The notes beneath the pieces are model-generated. The model saw only the letters and a list, made by a program, of their open reading frames with translations, did not search any database and had not been told where the DNA came from. 30,416 nucleotides of DNA from a virus. Taxonomy: Duplodnaviria; Caudoviricetes. Positions 6,947 to 15,690 of this stretch are shown here, piece after piece (within the stretch, counting starts at the first letter, position 1; each line of letters begins with the position of its first letter). Location: the IMG/VR virus record IMGVR_UViG_3300044771_000045, positions 1 to 30,416 of that record. One strand, given 5' to 3'. A program made the position numbers and the translations under genes.

Positions 6947-7588
6947 CTACAGAAAGATCTCCGCATAGCTGGTCTGCGCATCCACGCCCGACCCAGAGTC
7001 CGAGAGCAGCGCCTCGATGGCGAGGATCACGGTGTCCACCCCGCCCCCGGAGTCGGCGAGGGATTTGTCGACGGGTGCTGTGTACCACACCTGCATCGTG
7101 ACGGAGTCGATGAACACGTCAGAGTTTGAGCCACCGGCAACGGCACCGATGGCCACGCCGAAGTCGGGATCTTTCACCCATGCGGGAGTGAGCGAGTTCC
7201 CCCACTTGTCCGTTGCTCCGCCGATGGTGTAATTCGCCGCCGAGGTGGTCAGGGCTTGCGGAGTCGCGTACTTGTTCGTCCCTACCTTCGCTCTGGAAAT
7301 ATCCAGAAGTTGGCAAAGATCGAGGCTGACGGCGGCCACGGCGTACCGAGCATTGATGACGACCTGTACTCCGTCGATGGTCGCACCGTCCGGGATCGTG
7401 GAGAAGTCGAAACCATATGCCTTCAGAACGTAGGTCTGGTCCGGCGAGTCGAACGAGGAGTGGGTGACTGACGCTTCCCCGGCCCCGTAGATGTTCTCCG
7501 GAGTGACCCACGTGCAGTTCGCATCGTTCCACGGAGCCTCGCCTACCGTCTGCGCCGCTGTCGGGGCTTTTATTCCGGTATCAGCCAT
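6947..7588 (-). CDS. Virion fibre-associated beta-sandwich protein, 213 aa
   Basis: W..PENI...L.A.GF.F..IP.GATIDGV.V...GG..D.WG...T...V....FGV...ID.V...V.YT pattern; the C-terminus has two DSG.G.D repeats. Confidence 0.7.
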   Translation of the reverse strand: MADTGIKAPTAAQTVGEAPWNDANCTWVTPENIYGAGEASVTHSSFDSPDQTYVLKAYGFDFSTIPDGATIDGVQVVINARYAVAAVSLDLCQLLDISRAKVGTNKYATPQALTTSAANYTIGGATDKWGNSLTPAWVKDPDFGVAIGAVAGGSNSDVFIDSVTMQVWYTAPVDKSLADSGGGVDTVILAIEALLSDSGSGVDAQTSYAEIFL

Positions 7589-7606
7589 CTATATCCTCGT
7601 GGCACA

Positions 7607-7634
7607 GGGCGGGACCGCGGAAGGCATCCCGCCC
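7607..7634. other. Intergenic GC-rich hairpin (no U-tract)
   Basis: GGGCGGGA(7607-7614)/TCCCGCCC(7627-7634). Confidence 0.45.
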
Positions 7635-7647
7635 ATCCCGTGGTTTC

Positions 7648-8262
7648 CTACGACAGCGTGATCGTGTGCGTCGCCACCCAGGTCGCGGCGGAGGTCTTCG
7701 TCCCCCATCCTGTCGCGGCGCGGCAGAGACACTTGTTCGACGCTCCGTTGGTGTTCTTCACGACCGCCTCGTTCCAGGCGTAGTTTGCATCACCTGTCGC
7801 GAACGTCGCCTTCGTCTGGAACACGCCGTATCCAAGGGCTCCGTCGTCGGTGCGGGTCTTCGGCCATCCGGAGTCCATCGCGTTGTAGGTCTTGCTTGCC
7901 CCGATGAGATCGGTCTGCACCGGATCTGCCGCGGTCGCGTCGTTCCCGATGCCGATCTTCGTGTCGGTGGCGTTGAACAGGTGGTTCGTCGAGACGGTCC
8001 CTTTGATGAGATCCCACATCTCGAGCATCCCGGTCTGAAGCAGGACGTTCGCCGTGCGGAGAACCTCATGCGGCTTCAGTCTGCCGCTCCGGACCTCCCG
8101 CCAGAACTCCTCGAGCTGTCCGGGGATGTTCTTGTCCACCTTGGCGTCGAACTTCTCCACCTGCCAGATGCCGAACATCCTGCCGGGCTCCATGAACTCG
8201 AGGCCGGACACGATCCCGAATCCCTCTTTTCCACTCCCCTTGTCGTTGATCTGTCCCATCAT
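7648..8262 (-). CDS. Tail collar/fibre-anchor-like virion protein, 204 aa
   Basis: IGIG....AA...QTDL.G...ATF..G.AN..W.E...L.R.....GTK....W.....IT pattern, resembling fibre N-terminal/collar domains; SD AAGGAGG. Confidence 0.7.
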   Translation of the reverse strand: MMGQINDKGSGKEGFGIVSGLEFMEPGRMFGIWQVEKFDAKVDKNIPGQLEEFWREVRSGRLKPHEVLRTANVLLQTGMLEMWDLIKGTVSTNHLFNATDTKIGIGNDATAADPVQTDLIGASKTYNAMDSGWPKTRTDDGALGYGVFQTKATFATGDANYAWNEAVVKNTNGASNKCLCRAATGWGTKTSAATWVATHTITLS

Positions 8263-8284
8263 CTTTCCTCCTTTTCTTTTATCG

Positions 8285-8740
8285 CTACGACCCTACGGAC
8301 GTAGGCCAGGGTTGACGTAAATGCACCGGGTAGAAATCGTTGGACACCGCGTTCCTGTATCCGAGCACAACTCGGTTGAAGGCGATGAAGTTCGAGGCCG
8401 CGCCTCCGGTCACCGTCGCCTTCTGGACGGTCACCTCCGTTCCATTCGTCTCGTCGAGGTCGACGTAGGCGAACTCGTTGTCTCCCAGCTGGACGCTTCC
8501 TATCTCCGCATAGTTCGTGCACGCCTGCCCGTCTGCTCGATTGAAGATGAACCGCAGAGCACCGGACCAGTAGAGGATCCCGGACATCGGATGGTACTCG
8601 ATCGACCCATCGCAGTGGACGATCAGATTCTTGAGGTACCCGATCACCCTGTCGATCGTGGAGAGAGGCAGGTTCATATCCGCCGCGATGAATTGCGTCG
8701 AGGCGTCGATCCAAGGCTCGTGGAAGTTCGTTCCCATCAT
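8285..8740 (-). CDS. Minor tail protein, 151 aa
   Basis: ATGA coupling, SD GGAGG, position among tail-tip genes, beta-rich C-terminal part. Confidence 0.7.
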   Translation of the reverse strand: MMGTNFHEPWIDASTQFIAADMNLPLSTIDRVIGYLKNLIVHCDGSIEYHPMSGILYWSGALRFIFNRADGQACTNYAEIGSVQLGDNEFAYVDLDETNGTEVTVQKATVTGGAASNFIAFNRVVLGYRNAVSNDFYPVHLRQPWPTSVGS

Positions 8741-8931
8741 CTGCCTCCCTTCATGATCTGCTCCATCGCAGGGCCGAACGGCGTGCCCTTGAACACATCC
8801 GCCGCGCGGCGAAGCGCAATTCTCGCCTCTTCCGACTGTTGGCCACTCTCCGAGACGCCCTCCGTGATTCTCCTGAGCAGGGAAGTCTGGACCTTCAATT
8901 CTTCCAAGATCCTTTCAAGCAGTTCTTCCAT
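8737..8931 (-). CDS. Small helical protein, 64 aa
   Basis: SD GGAGGAG; amphipathic MEELLERILEELKVQTSLLRRI; stop overlaps the next start. Confidence 0.75.
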   Translation of the reverse strand: MEELLERILEELKVQTSLLRRITEGVSESGQQSEEARIALRRAADVFKGTPFGPAMEQIMKGGR

Positions 8932-8947
8932 GTCTCCTCCGTCATTG

Positions 8948-10147
8948 TCAGAGCACGAGCTGGGGCGGCATCGGCGTCCCGCTCTCGTCCAGCAGGACCA
9001 CCCTGGCGGTCGACTGGTACCTGTATCCGCCGTAGTCGCAGTAGGCGAGCAGGGACGGGCTCAGGTCGTCGGGATACCCCTCGTTTCCGTCGGCATTCTG
9101 CCGGACATAGACGAAATTTCCCGAGATCCAGCTGTAGCAAACCTGCGGATTCGTGGTCCCGTCGATCCACCGGCCATAGCCATCCATGTACCCCAAAAAT
9201 TCCATGTGGAACTCGTAGTTCCCACCGCCTAGGCGGATGATCGGATTGTTATACTGGTCCATCATGTAGACTTTGATCTCCAACATCGTCGGGAAGGGGG
9301 TCTGCAGGTAATCTGGAGGCGGATAGTAGTTCGGGTGCCACGGCATCTCGTACTCCGCACCCTCGTCCATCCATACTCCGCCGAACCACATCCGGAGTCG
9401 GGAGGGCGAGGGGGGCCGGAAATCCGCCCCGATATCCGAATTTGTGATCTCCGTCATACCGCTGTGGATGAGGATATAATCCCCGACGATGATGTGATTT
9501 CCCTCGATGGGTGGCTTGACCGGCGCGGCCGTCGTCGCCTCGCCCTTGACGTAGTCCACGACCCCGTCTACCCCTACGGCGAACGCATCGTACCGGTACC
9601 TCGCCTGGTCCCCCCACCACACCTCGGCAAATGGAGGAGGAGGATCGACGTGGAGGATTCCATCTCCCGATCCCATGAGCACGCCTTCGCCCATGACCAT
9701 GTCCCCGCCCATGAGCTCGTCGAACGCGAAGTCATAGGACTGGCCGGCGATGTATGCCTCCCCGGCGGCGATAATGAGGGACATGGAACCCGTAGTGGAA
9801 AGTGTTCCCCCTGAGATCCAGTAGTCGCCTCCAGCGGCGAGGGAGGGCATGATTCCTCCAGCGACAGGGGTCGGAATCCTCAACCCCCATCCGACGACCT
9901 CGATCCTGCTCCTCTCCCCTCCCACGTGGGCGATGCGCACCGCGTTTCCCTTCTTGATGAATACCGGGGACTGCTGCCAGTTCTCCGGGAACCACGCCGT
10001 TACGAGCTCGTTCGACCCCTGGATCTTCACTCGACAGACCCTCTCGTCGAGGTCGATGTCCCAGACGATAGCGTCGCGGGACTCGCTGCGATACCGGATT
10101 TCACGGTCCATCGAGCGCTTCATGAACTTCCTGCCGTACATTTTCAC
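8948..10147 (-). CDS. Tail-tip protein with putative N-terminal OB-fold, about 399 aa
   Basis: Start re-called at GTG 10147 (GTGA overlap; ATG 10141 is an alternative). AIVWDID...CRVKIQG...AWFP...KGNAVRIAH resembles the gp5/gpV OB-fold. Confidence 0.7.
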   Translation of the reverse strand: MKMYGRKFMKRSMDREIRYRSESRDAIVWDIDLDERVCRVKIQGSNELVTAWFPENWQQSPVFIKKGNAVRIAHVGGERSRIEVVGWGLRIPTPVAGGIMPSLAAGGDYWISGGTLSTTGSMSLIIAAGEAYIAGQSYDFAFDELMGGDMVMGEGVLMGSGDGILHVDPPPPFAEVWWGDQARYRYDAFAVGVDGVVDYVKGEATTAAPVKPPIEGNHIIVGDYILIHSGMTEITNSDIGADFRPPSPSRLRMWFGGVWMDEGAEYEMPWHPNYYPPPDYLQTPFPTMLEIKVYMMDQYNNPIIRLGGGNYEFHMEFLGYMDGYGRWIDGTTNPQVCYSWISGNFVYVRQNADGNEGYPDDLSPSLLAYCDYGGYRYQSTARVVLLDESGTPMPPQLVL

Positions 10148-13100
10148 GAGACCACCCACCCTTCGATCTCGTCGAGGAAGTACCCGTCCATCGATTCCGG
10201 GTCCGAGGGGATCTTCATTTTCCTCTTGATGTCCGTGACGAACACCTTCGTCGTTATCCCGGAATACGGCTGCGGGAGCTGGAGCGTGTCCCCTTCGTCG
10301 TCCTGGAGGTGGGCGATCTTGGCGTAATTGACACGGTTCCTCTGATACTTGCAGATCCCGATCTCGTAGTCCGAGTATTCGTTGCACTGCGCCACCGAGA
10401 TGCAGAGAGGCTCGTCGATCTTCTTTTCGACCACCCTTCCCAGATCGTTCTGGAGGACGAGGTCCTCCCCGTGCGGCGACGCACTCTGGATCGACATACG
10501 CTCCAGCCCGATCGGGCGGGCATAGACCTCATACTGGTACTGCGCGATCGACGCGACGAAGTAGAAGAGCGCCGCCAGCAGGATGGTGATCCCAAAGGTG
10601 ATCCAACCGGGAGTGCCATAGAGGCCGCCACTATAGGCGATCGCCGCCACCCCGAGGGCAAGGAGCGAGGTCACGTCGGCGATGATGAACCCCGTGAAAT
10701 CAGGCATTTCGATCGTCACGTCGATGTATTTCCCGTCCGGATCAATGTACGAGATCGACTCCCCGCCCCCGCCTAGGCGGAAGTTGAAGTTCTTGACGGA
10801 CTCGACGACGTTCAGGCGCGGGTACCGGCACGTCCTGGAGTTGTCCTCCGAGAAGTAGACCCGCTGAGTCTGCTTGTGCCCCCAGAACCCGACTGTCCCG
10901 ACCAGCGACGTGATGAGCTCCTCCTCGTACATGACCTCCATGAAGTCTCGCGTCTCGCCGTGGACGACGATGCGATTCGTCATGTCGGAGAAGGAATCGT
11001 CCGGGGACCAGTCCGCCACCTTTGACACGTCCGCGTACGCGTGATCCACGGGGTTGTCCCAGGCGATCTTCTTCGCCACTACCCGGCCGGCAGGGTCGAT
11101 GACGAACGCGTACCCGAACCGGTTGCCGATCTGCTCAAGCATCTTCTTGATCGTCGTGTCGAGCCACTGGATCCAGACTTCGTAGGTCCAGCGGAATGTG
11201 CCGAGCACGATGTCCGAGTATTCCATCCCCATGTAGTCATGGAGGATGTCCCGGACGATGTCCTCTGGGGATGCCTGGTAGTTCATCGTCGCCGTGATCT
11301 CCATCTCCTCCCACAGGACGCGCATGTCCTCCGCCTTGATACGGATGGTCGGATACTCACCCCTCCGGTGGTTCACTTCCGTTTCCGTCACGAGGAAGCT
11401 GCCCTGGTTCACCCAGTAGTCCGCTCCGTCGATCCGCTCCCCGAACGCGAGGGTAATCTTCCGACCCTTCCGGAAGAATCCCTGCCAGATCGACCCGCGG
11501 TTCGTCGGGTCAAACAGGTGCCCGTTGATGCAAGTAAATTCCACCGCGGACGGCTTTCCATCGATCGACCGGGAAAGTGAGATGTCGTGGCCGCGCGCGA
11601 GAAACGGCGAGGCATCCAGTTCTCCGAAATCGTTCCCCCAGAGTATCGTCCGGCCTCCCGGCGAGATCCCCTCCTGCCAAAAGAGCATCATCGTGTTGTC
11701 CGACGGTAGATATGCCGGGGTTGCGTTGTACGAGCTCCAGTTTTGGGTCAAGATCTCCGGGTCTCCCCATTCCCAATCAGTCGTGAAGTTCGCGTCGACG
11801 TACTTCGTCCGGTACAGGTAGCCGTAGCGGGAAAACGCCCACACCCCGAGGTCGGGGTTCCCTGCGGCGAAGATCATCCCTGTGGCCTCATCCATCATCA
11901 CGGTACCGGTCCAGGTGTCCACCGGGAGCCCGGGCGTGTTGGCGCGGGTAAACCGCGCCCACAGGGACGTATCGGGATTCCAGAGGACCACTCCGTCTGT
12001 CCCCCACCCGCCCCACAGGATCTCACCAGTCGAGAGGACGAGCGGCGTCCTGAGGTTGTAGTCGTCGACCGTGGCGTACGAAGGCCGAAAATAGTTGCAA
12101 ATCCCCGTGAGCGGATCGATCTCCAGTACCCCGCGATAATCCTGGTTTCCGTAAAGAGTGGTGTAGGTGACCCCGCCGTACACCTTGTTCCCGCGGACCG
12201 TGAAGTCAATCAAGCCCCAATAGGGAAAACGTTGGTTCGTTGAGTGCGTCCACCACTTCAGGAATCCGCCGGTGGAAAGCTTGTAGACGATGAGCCCGCC
12301 CTCGATGGTCAGCGGAGACCACGAGTGGGAGATGAGAACCATGTCGAGGCTCGGGGAAACGAGGAAGTGGGTCAGGCTTGCTGCTTGGTAGGTATCCGGG
12401 AACCAGGCGCGGTCGTAGAAAACCGTTTCCGCGCCGTACTCCGGCCCCGGATCCGTCAGGTCGATGAATCCGACGCCGCACTGGCGACGGTGTGTGTAGC
12501 TGTCCGACGAGAGGAAGTAGAGGCGCATGCTCACGCCTTCGATCATGAATCTCCTCGGTATCTGTGGGGCCCCGACGACGCTGAAATAATCCCAACCCGT
12601 GACGTTCTTCTCCAACCCATAGGGCGAATAATTATCGAAGTTGTAGTCCGTTATGGTGTTTGCCTCGCCGTCGAGTACGGAGCATCCATTGACGTGCCTG
12701 ACCACGATGAGATGTCGGTAGTGCTGGCAGTCGTCCCACCCGGTCCCGTACTGCGTGGGGAAACCCGGCGTGGTCAGGTGGGTCCACTGGCGGTCGATGG
12801 ACCACGTGTCCACGTCGATCTTCACCACGCCCTGTAGATATTTGCTTCCCATCTCCTGCCATTGGTTCAAGACGTATAGCTTCCGGTTGACGGGATCCCA
12901 GGAGAGGGAGTCCACGTCATCATCGACTGTCCATCCTACGGATCCCTCCCCCAAGTGCATGACACTCAAAAGTTCCGTGAACACCATCGTCAGTTGATTC
13001 GCTGTCCGCTGGAAGACCTCAGGATGCATGGCGACGGACGAATACTCGGAATAGTTCGTGATCTTCTGCGGGGTACCCCACGTCGATCCGCTGTCCGTCG

Positions 13101-13995
13101 ATACGACGTAGTACAGGTTCCGGAGCCTCTCGCCGGATGCGCCGAGGGATTCCGTGAGGTCGAAGAAGAGGAAAACATCCCCGTTGGGAAGCTGCTTCAG
13201 GAATGGATTGGAGATCTGCTTCGTCGTCGGGATACCGGAGAGCACGATCTCCGACCTCGCCGCCCAGGTCCGGAAGTCGGAGGAGGTTTTCTTCCAGACC
13301 GTGTAGTTCGTCCCTCCGAATCGATGGACGAATACTGAGAGGTACGTCCCGTTTGCGAGGCGAATCGTGGATGGCCCGCTCCAGTAGTAGATCCCCGTGT
13401 CCGCGTACGTTTCCTTGATGGATCCGTTCCACAGCTTCACCGGGAGCGCGGTCGGATAGACCTGTACGCCATCCGTGGTAATCTCCGCCGCATGGAAGCA
13501 GACATCTTTCTGTAAATACAATGTGTAGGAATCGAGCCACGTGAGCCCGAGGTTCCCGTTCGCCAGCTCCGCGATGCCGATCTGGCTGTCGAAGGTGTCG
13601 TTCGGAAGAACCCATCGCTCCGAGTTCTGCTGCTCTTGCGACTCCCACAGCTTGTTCAGTTCCAATACCACGGGCGTGTTGAAAACCGTCCTCCCCCCAG
13701 TCGTGGTGACGAGGCGGATCTCCATGTGCCTGTTCCCGCCCAGGCTCCACACAGAACCATAGATCGAAACATACGCGGCTTCTCCATTCGAGAGCGAGAT
13801 CGCCACGGGATTCACTTCTTCATACCCGAGCATGGGATAGCCGTACCAGATCTCCGTTGTTACCGGGAGCGGCGCCTGCGGGATACCAGGGAAGGGGATC
13901 TCCGAGACAAGCGCGTCGGAGGTAACACGGACGATCGGCCGACGATCGATCGACTCCATCGCGGCAGCGAGCGTAGGGTGGAGTTCCTGGGCCAT
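10144..13995 (-). CDS. Large tail-tip/hub protein with beta-propeller (Asp-box) domains, 1283 aa
   Basis: Asp-box VSTDSGSTW and related SSDFRTW; propeller-like middle; hub-like C-terminal third (RKITLAFG...GSFLV...IRIKAED...TNRIVVHG). Confidence 0.82.
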   Translation of the reverse strand: MAQELHPTLAAAMESIDRRPIVRVTSDALVSEIPFPGIPQAPLPVTTEIWYGYPMLGYEEVNPVAISLSNGEAAYVSIYGSVWSLGGNRHMEIRLVTTTGGRTVFNTPVVLELNKLWESQEQQNSERWVLPNDTFDSQIGIAELANGNLGLTWLDSYTLYLQKDVCFHAAEITTDGVQVYPTALPVKLWNGSIKETYADTGIYYWSGPSTIRLANGTYLSVFVHRFGGTNYTVWKKTSSDFRTWAARSEIVLSGIPTTKQISNPFLKQLPNGDVFLFFDLTESLGASGERLRNLYYVVSTDSGSTWGTPQKITNYSEYSSVAMHPEVFQRTANQLTMVFTELLSVMHLGEGSVGWTVDDDVDSLSWDPVNRKLYVLNQWQEMGSKYLQGVVKIDVDTWSIDRQWTHLTTPGFPTQYGTGWDDCQHYRHLIVVRHVNGCSVLDGEANTITDYNFDNYSPYGLEKNVTGWDYFSVVGAPQIPRRFMIEGVSMRLYFLSSDSYTHRRQCGVGFIDLTDPGPEYGAETVFYDRAWFPDTYQAASLTHFLVSPSLDMVLISHSWSPLTIEGGLIVYKLSTGGFLKWWTHSTNQRFPYWGLIDFTVRGNKVYGGVTYTTLYGNQDYRGVLEIDPLTGICNYFRPSYATVDDYNLRTPLVLSTGEILWGGWGTDGVVLWNPDTSLWARFTRANTPGLPVDTWTGTVMMDEATGMIFAAGNPDLGVWAFSRYGYLYRTKYVDANFTTDWEWGDPEILTQNWSSYNATPAYLPSDNTMMLFWQEGISPGGRTILWGNDFGELDASPFLARGHDISLSRSIDGKPSAVEFTCINGHLFDPTNRGSIWQGFFRKGRKITLAFGERIDGADYWVNQGSFLVTETEVNHRRGEYPTIRIKAEDMRVLWEEMEITATMNYQASPEDIVRDILHDYMGMEYSDIVLGTFRWTYEVWIQWLDTTIKKMLEQIGNRFGYAFVIDPAGRVVAKKIAWDNPVDHAYADVSKVADWSPDDSFSDMTNRIVVHGETRDFMEVMYEEELITSLVGTVGFWGHKQTQRVYFSEDNSRTCRYPRLNVVESVKNFNFRLGGGGESISYIDPDGKYIDVTIEMPDFTGFIIADVTSLLALGVAAIAYSGGLYGTPGWITFGITILLAALFYFVASIAQYQYEVYARPIGLERMSIQSASPHGEDLVLQNDLGRVVEKKIDEPLCISVAQCNEYSDYEIGICKYQRNRVNYAKIAHLQDDEGDTLQLPQPYSGITTKVFVTDIKRKMKIPSDPESMDGYFLDEIEGWVVS

Positions 13996-15072
13996 TTATG
14001 CCTCGGAGTCTTCCAACAGTTCACGAATCAGGAGTTTCATCTTCACATTCCGTCGGTAGGGCAATTCATATGCCGCCACATCGAACAGATTTGCCTTTAG
14101 AGAGACCACCCTCACGCTATATCTCAAGTATCGCGAAGGCGTGGTCAGAGGGATCGTCGGTAACCGAAGTAGCCCATTTTCTGTGCCGCTGAAAGGTGCG
14201 GCCCAGTCCCACTTCTCGATCTGCACCGGATTCGTCTCTGGCGGGTTGAACAACCCTCCCTGCCCTTCTCCCGCAAGAAGTTTCGTTTTATCGAGGACAG
14301 CTATGAAGTCGTCCCATAGAATCATCGAATAGATCCGGTCTCCTTCCACCGCAAACATCCCAGAAGGATAGTCCCCGTACTGTTGACCAAAATCCGAAAT
14401 ATATTCCAAGGTGGGAGCGTCGAAGGCCGTAATGCTGTAATGATTACCGTCTCCAATAAAAATCACATCTCCATCTATCACCATCTGATAGGGCATATAA
14501 ATATGCGCCCCCTCGTATTTTTCCAGGAATGATCCGTCCGATCGGGCCAATTTGGTCAGTCGTGCGGGGTATAGGGTTGCCGCATAGAAGTTGACGGCGT
14601 CGATCGCAAAACCGGTCGGATAATCGTTGATCGTGTTGATATTTCCATCGCCGGTTCCTAGACCCGATCCAAGCGGGCCGCCTACGGATGACAGATCATG
14701 GCAGGAGAAACGATGGATCTTTCCGTCCCCATACAAGACATAAAGGATGGCGCCACTGGTCGCCATGCCGTAGAATGCGTAGGTAGTCGAGCCGAAGTCA
14801 ACTTCCGCAACGAACGAAAGATCGCTCGCCTTGAGTTTCACGACGCCTTCATACCTCGGATTGTATCGATACTTCTCCACATAGACATATGTACCGTCGG
14901 TGCAGATATATCGCGGACGGTACGAGTTGGGCCACGTTGCTCCTTCCGGGTTGAAGTTCACGGAACGGTAGGAGAGCATTTTCGTAACCGCATCCCACGC
15001 ATAGACGAAGGTATCCCATATATTTCCCGAGACAAGAACCGCCGTGCCCCCGAGTAGATGAGTCAGAGCCAT
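13996..15072 (-). CDS. Beta-propeller protein fused to the C-terminal half of a distal-tail-like domain, about 358 aa
   Basis: Repeats PRYICTDGTYVYV, YGMATSGAILYV, PTGFAIDAVNFY, PYQMVIDGDVIFI, PSGMFAVEGDRIY. C-terminus LFDVAAYELPYRRNVKMKL matches the 125-aa gene. ATG 15072 has a GGGGAG SD (the ORF is open from 15111). Confidence 0.8.
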   Translation of the reverse strand: MALTHLLGGTAVLVSGNIWDTFVYAWDAVTKMLSYRSVNFNPEGATWPNSYRPRYICTDGTYVYVEKYRYNPRYEGVVKLKASDLSFVAEVDFGSTTYAFYGMATSGAILYVLYGDGKIHRFSCHDLSSVGGPLGSGLGTGDGNINTINDYPTGFAIDAVNFYAATLYPARLTKLARSDGSFLEKYEGAHIYMPYQMVIDGDVIFIGDGNHYSITAFDAPTLEYISDFGQQYGDYPSGMFAVEGDRIYSMILWDDFIAVLDKTKLLAGEGQGGLFNPPETNPVQIEKWDWAAPFSGTENGLLRLPTIPLTTPSRYLRYSVRVVSLKANLFDVAAYELPYRRNVKMKLLIRELLEDSEA

Positions 15073-15076
15073 CCAG

Positions 15077-15316
15077 TCACTCCCCGAATACGTCCCACTC
15101 GACCCGTTCATCGTTTAACTCAAGCTGCTTCATCGCCTGAAACTGCACCTCCGAGACCCACTCCCATTCCAGCACGATCTCCTTCGATTCGAGAATCGAG
15201 TCTTCCGCGATATAGCCAAGTACCCCGAGCCCCATCGCCAGGGCGCTTTCCTTCTCGCCCCGGGGGATCGTAAAACGATCCGGCTTCCATGGGAAAATGT
15301 ATCCCCCGAGGATCAC
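15077..15316 (-). CDS. N-terminal half of a duplicated distal-tail-like protein, 79 aa
   Basis: MILGGYIFPWKPDRFT...IVLEWEWVSEVQF aligns with MILGGYTFAWKPDDFT...IELKWIWMSEAQW of the upstream gene; GTGA coupling. Confidence 0.75.
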   Translation of the reverse strand: MILGGYIFPWKPDRFTIPRGEKESALAMGLGVLGYIAEDSILESKEIVLEWEWVSEVQFQAMKQLELNDERVEWDVFGE

Positions 15317-15690
15317 GATATGGCCTCCACGAAAAGACTATCCGTGACAACCAGTCCCATCTTCACGTTCCTCCGGTACGGTTGCTCATATCCGGCGACC
15401 TCGAACAACTCCCCATCGAGCGAACGGATCTCCACGTTGAACGGCCCCACTCCCGTCACCTCCGGATCCCAGATCACCGGGGCCTTCGCCTGGTACAGCG
15501 CATCGAGTTCATCCCATTGCGCCTCGGACATCCAAATCCATTTTAGCTCGATGGGCTTTCCGAGAATCTCCGGGCCCCAGGAAAAATAGACCGCCGTGTC
15601 CCACGTACGCACGACCGACTTGTAGAGCTCCGGATCGGGCGGGGTGAAATCATCCGGCTTCCATGCAAATGTATATCCGCCGAGGATCAA
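15313..15690 (-). CDS. Distal tail protein (Dit/lambda gpM-like), 125 aa
   Basis: Directly follows the tape measure gene (TTGA overlap); size and I.L.W..MS..Q...L pattern fit minimal Dit proteins. Confidence 0.72.
   Translation of the reverse strand: MILGGYTFAWKPDDFTPPDPELYKSVVRTWDTAVYFSWGPEILGKPIELKWIWMSEAQWDELDALYQAKAPVIWDPEVTGVGPFNVEIRSLDGELFEVAGYEQPYRRNVKMGLVVTDSLFVEAIS

Noticed and set aside
1519-8740. Shared N-terminus MGTNF in the 79-aa and 151-aa proteins
   Set aside because: The similarity stops after a few residues; most likely coincidence.
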